NCBI GenBank assembly: GCA_964450865.1
Contig: CAYVHB010000002.1
Coordinates: 35,590-99,589 of the forward strand
Origin: an uncultured Oscillospiraceae bacterium
GTDB lineage: Bacteria > Bacillota > Clostridia > Saccharofermentanales > UBA5734
Reading direction: 5' to 3'
DNA length: 64,000 nucleotides
The position numbers were made by a program, and so were the translations under genes. Positions 58,695 to 64,000 of the stretch are shown piece after piece. Below the pieces are notes generated by a model. The model was not told the DNA's origin. It saw only the letters and a program-made list of their open reading frames with translations, and made no database searches. Each line of letters opens with the position of its first letter. Position 1 is the stretch's first letter.

Positions 58695-59537
58695 TCACGA
58701 AAAAAACCAGCGGCGCAGCAGGCACAGGACAAGGATATGCAGCGGATAGAAGAGATAAAAGGCGTACTTCAGCCACAGCGGCGGCTTTTTGGCTGTCCGG
58801 AAACGCATGCAGACCGGGATGGCCAGGATGGAGACGACCTGCAGGATTGCCCAGTAGGCAGGAGTTCGTTCAACAGCCAGCCGGTAAATCAGGAAGGAAG
58901 CATTGATCAGGCTGAGGTAGAGAAAGGATCGGACTTCCCACTCGGCTTCCGGAACGCGATGCATGGCCACATAAAAGCCCAGCACTGTCATCAGGCCATA
59001 CCAGCCATAATCGGTTCTCAGCCATTCAGCCGCAAAAAGAGCGCCAGCCATGGCGACAAGGCCCAGCGGCAGGCCAATCCGCGGATCGAGGCAGATGCCG
59101 CCGATATTGATCCGCACATCAAAGCGGGGCGGCACGGGCAGGGTATTGGGGGCTGCCGGGATCGGCCGCAGGCTGGCCACCATGTCGAGATAGGAGTCCC
59201 GGACCAGGCGGTAGCCGGCCAGCAGGACGATCGCCAGGCTGAAGGTAATCAGGACATTGGTCCAGTCCGGCCGCAGCCAGTCGCTGCGTGGATTGACGAG
59301 GTGATTGCTCCAGCGGATGACTACCTCCGCAAATAAGGCAAATCCGGACATCCGCACAAAATAGATATAGGCATTGCGGGTCAGCATGTAACCGCGGGCT
59401 ACTGACCAGGCAAAGATTGGAAAGGCCAGGCGACCGACCGTCCGCAAGAGGACAACGAGGGTGCCTGGCAGCAGATCAGCGTAATAATATCCGATATGAT
59501 CCAGCAACATGAACAAACAAGCGAGCAATTTCAGCAT
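58695..59537 (-). CDS. TraX-family membrane protein
   Basis: Trimmed to ATG 59537, after GAAAGGCGG. The sequence MLKLLACLFMLLDHIGYYY is the TraX-family N-terminal signature. The protein is polytopic. Confidence 0.85.
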   Translation of the reverse strand: MLKLLACLFMLLDHIGYYYADLLPGTLVVLLRTVGRLAFPIFAWSVARGYMLTRNAYIYFVRMSGFALFAEVVIRWSNHLVNPRSDWLRPDWTNVLITFSLAIVLLAGYRLVRDSYLDMVASLRPIPAAPNTLPVPPRFDVRINIGGICLDPRIGLPLGLVAMAGALFAAEWLRTDYGWYGLMTVLGFYVAMHRVPEAEWEVRSFLYLSLINASFLIYRLAVERTPAYWAILQVVSILAIPVCMRFRTAKKPPLWLKYAFYLFYPLHILVLCLLRRWFFS

Positions 59538-59850
59538 GCTGAACCGCCTTTCAATCGAAAAATATTGTTTTGTCAAGCCCAGAATTGATTATCCGTGCAA
59601 CATATTGTATCATTGTATGGCGGAGTAAACAAACCGCACAGAATACGGCGGCGTTTTCAAAACCGGAACAAAATGGACCGGTCGCGTGAAACCAGCCGCA
59701 CGCAATCAGGCGGCTTAATCAGGCCGCACGGATCATTGCCGATCTGGCTTTTTGCATGTCAGGATTATGTCCGGTCTGCGACCGGCCCGGGTTTGCAGAC
59801 TGTCTGTTAATAAATAAACGTCTGTTTATGAATGAAAGAGGTATCATCAC

Positions 59851-60861
59851 ATGGGACTCGGTATGAATATTGGTATTGACCTTGGCACAGCCAATGTGCT
59901 GATCTATGTCAAGGGCAAAGGCGTTGTCCTGCGCGAACCGTCGGTTGTCGCGATCAACTCCAAAACCGGCAAGGTGCTTGCTGTCGGTGAAAGCGCCAGC
60001 CTGATGCTTGGCCGGACCCCCGGTATTGTTGACGCGATCCGGCCCCTGCGCGACGGCGTCATCTCTGACTTCAAAGTCACGGAAGTCATGCTCAAGGCCT
60101 TCATCGGCCGCGTTTGCAAGGGCCTGCGGGCCAAGTATTTCAAGCCGACAATCGTTGTCTGCGTGCCCAGCGTGATCACGCCGGTTGAGCAGAAAGCGGT
60201 TGAGGATGCCACCAAGCACGCCGGGGCCAAGGATGTGTTCCTGATCCGCGAACCGATTGCCGCCGCAATCGGTGCCGGCATTGATATCACCAAGGCCTGC
60301 GGCAGCATGATCGTCGACATCGGCGGCGGTACCAGCGATATCGCGGTTATTTCCTTGTGCCAGCCGGTTGTTGACTTCTCCCTGAAAGTCGCCGGCGACC
60401 GCTTCGACGAGGCAATCGTCAAGCATGTGCGCCGCAAGCATAATATCCTGATCGGTGAACGGACCGCCGAAGAACTCAAGATCAATATCGGCTGCGCCTA
60501 TCCACGTGAAGAGGAACTGACGATGGAGGTCCGTGGCCGTAACCTGATCACCGGCCTGCCGGCTACTGTCACCATCACTTCCACCGAAATGCTCGAAGCC
60601 CTTGAGGAACCGGTAGCCCAGATTTTCGAAGCGGTCCATTCCGTACTGGAGCGGACCCCGCCGGAACTGATGGCCGATATCAGCCAGCGCGGCATCGTCA
60701 TGACCGGTGGCGGCGCCTTGCTGTATGGCCTCGACCGCATGCTGGCCGCCAAGGTCGGTATCGACGTCATGGTTGCCGACGACGCGATTTCCTGCGTGGC
60801 GATCGGTACAGGCCGGGCTCTCGACATGATGGATAAATTCGCCGCGCTCAGCGACTCCTGA
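59851..60861 (+). CDS. mreB: rod-shape-determining actin homologue MreB/Mbl
   Basis: 336 aa. Motifs are IGIDLGTANVLIYVKGKGVVLREPSVVA and DIGGGTSDIAVISL, with GAGG in the RBS. Confidence 0.96.
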   Translation: MGLGMNIGIDLGTANVLIYVKGKGVVLREPSVVAINSKTGKVLAVGESASLMLGRTPGIVDAIRPLRDGVISDFKVTEVMLKAFIGRVCKGLRAKYFKPTIVVCVPSVITPVEQKAVEDATKHAGAKDVFLIREPIAAAIGAGIDITKACGSMIVDIGGGTSDIAVISLCQPVVDFSLKVAGDRFDEAIVKHVRRKHNILIGERTAEELKINIGCAYPREEELTMEVRGRNLITGLPATVTITSTEMLEALEEPVAQIFEAVHSVLERTPPELMADISQRGIVMTGGGALLYGLDRMLAAKVGIDVMVADDAISCVAIGTGRALDMMDKFAALSDS

Positions 60862-60901
60862 TCACAGGATATACCAGCCTGTTCAAACGGCCTGCAAGGC
60901 C

Positions 60902-60937
60902 TGACTGCCAGCCCGGCAGTCGGGCTTTTGTTGGTTT
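60902..60937 (+). terminator. intrinsic terminator after mreB
   Basis: GACTGCC-agcc-cGGCAGTC, nested with GCCCG-gcagt-CGGGC, is followed by TTTTGTTGGTTT. Confidence 0.7.
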
Positions 60938-60985
60938 CATTGAGCCTTCTGAGCATTCATACAGGCATCCTTTGCCAATTTTTGC

Positions 60986-61015
60986 TTGACGATTGGCGCG
61001 CCATCGACCTATAAT
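60986..61015 (+). promoter_or_regulatory. strong sigma-A-like promoter ~700 nt upstream of rho
   Basis: TTGACG (60986-60991), 18 nt, TATAAT (61010-61015), directly after the mreB terminator. Confidence 0.6.
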
Positions 61016-61721
61016 CAAAATCAATGCAATTATTGGCGTCTGGTATTGGTGTCTGGAAATCCGGCTGGCTGGCGTGTCGTGCCGGCTGCCAGCCAGGACC
61101 AGCCGGCAATCCGGTTATTTCTTCATGATCCGATGATGATTGGTTCGCCGGTCGTCTGTTTACAGTCATTGAGCCCCGGCCTGATGATTCGCGGTTTTTT
61201 CAGCTTGTCCTGCTGCTTGTTCAGCAGTCAGGATAAGCCATCCATGTCGTATTCTGCGACATGGCGTATCGTGCGTGTGACGAGACGCTGCCTGTCCAGG
61301 CCAGCCAGGCCCGCATCAGGTGACCTTCCCGGCCTTCGTGCCTGGCCAGGCCCGCAAGCTTTCCCGATTATCCCCGCCAGGTAAATTGTCAGCTTGCCTG
61401 AACATTTTCCTGCGCAACACTCGTGATTGGCGCGTAATCATCAGACCAGGTGGTTCTGCCCAGCCCAACCCCCGGATATTAATTTATTCTCCTTTGCACC
61501 GGGTGGCCGGCCAGATAAACCGATCAGGCAGGCCTGGCGAACCAGTTGACATTCAGGTTGTCCAACTGACTGGTTTGTGCAAGGTGCGATTTCGCGTGTT
61601 GAAGCAACTGTGCCTGTGCTCAAAAAACAATTGCATGTCTCAATCAATCATCCTCAATCAATCCTGCTCAATTAGCAACCGAACTGATGCTGCCACTCTG
61701 GCTGATCCTTGAGGAGCGTTC

Positions 61722-64000
61722 ATGCCCATGTCTAAATTTACCGGTAAAAGTAAAGAATATCTGGTTTATCTCGCTGACAAAGGCGGTATCCTATCAGAAG
61801 AGACAGCTCAAGCGATGGACCACGCAGATCTGCTGGCTTTGCTGGAACGCCGTGATGCTGAAGCGGCCGACCGGATGGCGGCCGAAACCACTGCTCAAAC
61901 AGCTTCGGGTCCGGCTGCCAGACCTGGCCGCGGCAAGACTGCCCGGACTGCAGCGGATGAAACGGTACTGGCTCCCGGCAAGCACCCGGGCAGGGGCCAG
62001 CCGGCTGCCAGACGCCAGACAACAAGCAGCAGTGCGGCGATAGCCCCTGCAGACAGTACAATTACCGTTTTGGAAACAGGCAGCGGGCGTAGTCCGGGCC
62101 GGCGCACCAGGCGAGCAACTGCAGGAACGCAACCGGATCATGCCGAGGTCAGTGCGTCGCCGGTTGAAATTGCGGCTGCACCGGGTCGCCGGAAACGTAA
62201 ATTGGACCATGAAGGCAAGGTCGATAGCCAGCTGGCCATCGACCAGCTGGCTGGCTTGCTGCAAGATAACAAGAACGCGGACGCAGAAGCTGACGCAGTT
62301 CGCCAGGCCAGCAAAACGCTGGGCAAATTGCGCAATTCCGTGCGCGGTGCAGGCACGACCCGCAAAGGCCGGCAAACAACAGATGTCACTCGTGACGATG
62401 GCAAGACCGCCCCGGCTGCATCAGGAACCCGGCGGCGCACTGCCGGCCGTCCAGCAGCCAAGCCTGCTTTGCCGGCTGCTGCTGACTGGTCCGGCCTTCC
62501 GGCCGAGCCAGGCCGCCCGGCAGCGGTTTTGGCCCCGTCCGATACCGTGGATACTGCCGCCACCATGCTGCCTCCTGAGAGGACTTCAGACACTGGCCAC
62601 GAACTGCCGGCTGCCACCTGGCCGCTGTTGTCCGAAAGCGCAGATCATCCTCAAGCCCCGAATCTGGATTATCGTGCAGCCGACGAGGCCGTTGCCAATA
62701 TCGCCCCTGCAGACATGAGCGGGATTGAAAGCCTGCCGGCAGCCGCCGGTCCTGATGGTGCCGCCGGTGGCGCATCGCATCTATCACCAGCCAATCCGCC
62801 ATTTGATCAAGCAGCTGGCGAGGTCGGCGAGGTCAATGATCAGGCAGCGGCGGGCCCGGAAAATATGCCAGCTGATTCAATGCCCCGTGCCGCCGGCCAA
62901 TCCGATGCTGGACAGGTTACCTGGCAGGGTCATGAAACGGGGCCGGCCAGTCAGGCCGATGATGCAATCAGCCAGGCTGCCGCCACCAGTGAACCGGCCG
63001 CTGCCGGGGAAACACATGCCAGGCCGGCTCATCACTTCGAGCGGCCGGTTCGCGGCCGCCCGATCGGTTCGCGGACCAGGTCCGAGCCAGACGTGGCCCG
63101 CAAGATTGAGCCCAAGGCTGGACCAGCCGGTGAGACCAGGGCTGATCAGAAATCCGAGACCAGGCCGGGCCCGCGAACCGATTCTAAACCGGAGCAAAGG
63201 CCCGAGCCAAAATCCGAGTCGAAACAGGACCAGCGGGCAGAGCATCGGGCCGACCAGAAGGTGGAGGCGCGGCCTGAAGCCAGGTCCGCCCCGGCAAATT
63301 ATAAAACCAATGCCGGCCGGGTTGAGGGGCGCCATGTCTACGAGATCATCCCGCGCCTCAGCCCGGATGAGATCAAGGAAGCTTCATCGGCATCGGCCTC
63401 GGCGGCCTCGGCCGTGACAGCAGGCCCGGCGCTGGCGACCGATCTGACCGGTGATGGTGAGAACCGGTTGGAGCTCGAGGCGGTGCGCCACCGCCGCGCC
63501 ATGCTGGAAGCCGGTGAACTGATGGCAGGTGTCCTGGAGATCATGCCGGATGGCTACGGATTCCTGCGCAAGGATAATTATCTGCAAAGCAACAAGGACA
63601 TTTACGTACCGCCGCAGTATATCCGCCGTTTCAATCTCCGTCAGGGTGACTGGATCACCGGGCCTGCCAGATTGCAGCGGGAAACCGACCGATTCCAGGC
63701 TCTGATTTATATCAAGGACGTCAATGGCCTGCCACCGGAGAAAATGATCCGCCGGCCGCATTTTGACCGCCTGACGCCCATCTATCCCGATCAGCGCTAC
63801 GTCCTGGAAACCGTGCGCAATGAACTGTCGACGCGGATTATCGATCTGGTTGCGCCGATCGGCAAGGGCCAGCGCGGCATGATTGTGTCGCCGCCCAAAG
63901 CTGGCAAGACCATCCTGCTGCAGAAAATTGCCAATGCGATCAGCCAGAACAATCCCGAAGTCAAGCTGATCGTGCTGCTGATTGACGAACGGCCGGAAGA
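61722..64000 (+). CDS. rho: transcription termination factor Rho with a very large N-terminal insertion domain; 3' end off the right edge
   Basis: It is not in the ORF track because there is no stop in the window. I translated it by hand from ATG 61722 (GAGGAG 5 nt upstream) and found no stop through 64000. The N-terminus is Rho_N-like (KSKEYLVYLADKGGILSEETAQAMDHADLLALLERR). About 550 low-complexity residues follow. Then come GVLEIMPDGYGFLR (an RNA-binding CSD-like motif) and the P-loop PPKAGKTILLQ. Confidence 0.93.
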   Translation, partial: MPMSKFTGKSKEYLVYLADKGGILSEETAQAMDHADLLALLERRDAEAADRMAAETTAQTASGPAARPGRGKTARTAADETVLAPGKHPGRGQPAARRQTTSSSAAIAPADSTITVLETGSGRSPGRRTRRATAGTQPDHAEVSASPVEIAAAPGRRKRKLDHEGKVDSQLAIDQLAGLLQDNKNADAEADAVRQASKTLGKLRNSVRGAGTTRKGRQTTDVTRDDGKTAPAASGTRRRTAGRPAAKPALPAAADWSGLPAEPGRPAAVLAPSDTVDTAATMLPPERTSDTGHELPAATWPLLSESADHPQAPNLDYRAADEAVANIAPADMSGIESLPAAAGPDGAAGGASHLSPANPPFDQAAGEVGEVNDQAAAGPENMPADSMPRAAGQSDAGQVTWQGHETGPASQADDAISQAAATSEPAAAGETHARPAHHFERPVRGRPIGSRTRSEPDVARKIEPKAGPAGETRADQKSETRPGPRTDSKPEQRPEPKSESKQDQRAEHRADQKVEARPEARSAPANYKTNAGRVEGRHVYEIIPRLSPDEIKEASSASASAASAVTAGPALATDLTGDGENRLELEAVRHRRAMLEAGELMAGVLEIMPDGYGFLRKDNYLQSNKDIYVPPQYIRRFNLRQGDWITGPARLQRETDRFQALIYIKDVNGLPPEKMIRRPHFDRLTPIYPDQRYVLETVRNELSTRIIDLVAPIGKGQRGMIVSPPKAGKTILLQKIANAISQNNPEVKLIVLLIDERPE

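Noticed and set aside
59634-59745. Three CCGCAC-containing near-repeats upstream of mreB (CCGCACagAATAcGGCGG, CCGCACgcAATCaGGCGG, CCGCACggATCAttGCCG), considered as a c-di-GMP (GEMM-type) riboswitch.
   Set aside because: It lacks the conserved GEMM elements such as GGCAAA and GGGACGCAAAGCC-type blocks. The short hairpins are too weakly defined to call a regulatory RNA.
60986-61712. ORFs 60986..61384(+), 61320..61712(+), 60957..61169(-) and 61441..61647(-) in the mreB-rho gap.
   Set aside because: They have no RBS and a non-protein-like composition, with many C/R/S/P runs. They overlap each other, so the region is better explained as a structured rho leader.
62138-63761. Alternative-frame ORFs inside rho (62140..62718+, 62725..63417+, 62138..62617-, 62386..62802-, 62877..63335-, 63384..63761-).
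   Set aside because: They lie within the uninterrupted rho reading frame, which connects a Rho_N-like start to the canonical RNA-binding and P-loop motifs. Their openness reflects GC-rich low-complexity DNA.

Overview
This is a 64-kb chromosomal segment from a G+C-rich genome that resembles a Gram-positive anaerobe. The Clostridia-type assignment is my inference from gene content, not a search result. That content includes FeoAB, a two-subunit class I fumarate hydratase, an [FeFe]-hydrogenase, a Spo0A C-domain protein, HU, a T-box-like leuS leader and AGGAGG-type RBSs. I can support about 50 protein genes, one tRNA-Thr(UGU), several intrinsic terminators and sigma-A-like promoters, and a few short tandem repeats. 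I see no rRNA, CRISPR array, transposase, integrase or phage structural genes.

Gene order, left to right:
- metallophosphoesterase (partial)
- ligA, a cDPG-synthetase-like P-loop protein and a HAD-IIA hydrolase
- convergent feoA-feoB-(Cys-rich)-dtxR operon
- HPr-fold / Spo0A-C cluster
- hup, then fumarase alpha and beta subunits
- RCK K+ channel
- LTA-synthase-family sulfatase
- nitroreductase / HxlR pair
- 1150-aa GltD-fused [FeFe]-hydrogenase
- AI-2E permease and DUF2804 protein
- MacB-type ABC pair with TetR regulator
- GH36 alpha-galactosidase with a truncated LacI
- ComEC-like MBL lipoprotein with DUF3006
- Fe-S aldo/keto reductase and an amidohydrolase
- GGDEF-EAL protein with a hybrid histidine kinase
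- inositol-type dehydrogenase / IolE-like cluster with AraC
- ~4-kb lower-GC islet abutting tRNA-Thr
- E2-like acyltransferase, leuS, traX-family gene, mreB
- rho, which runs off the right edge

Most of this is ordinary core or metabolic DNA.

I could not prove a novel system from sequence alone. The best candidates for a second look are:
1. A translationally coupled 2-TM protein plus HPr-like protein, next to an orphan Spo0A-C regulator.
2. The 2Fe2S-GltD-[FeFe]-hydrogenase fusion.
3. A Rho with about 550 extra disordered N-terminal residues, behind a ~700-nt structured leader.
4. The integrase-less tRNA-Thr islet, with four exactly phased 23-bp iteron-like repeats in front of a DUF4143 ATPase.
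5. A window-wide habit of inserting P/A/G/R/Q-rich low-complexity segments into otherwise conserved proteins.
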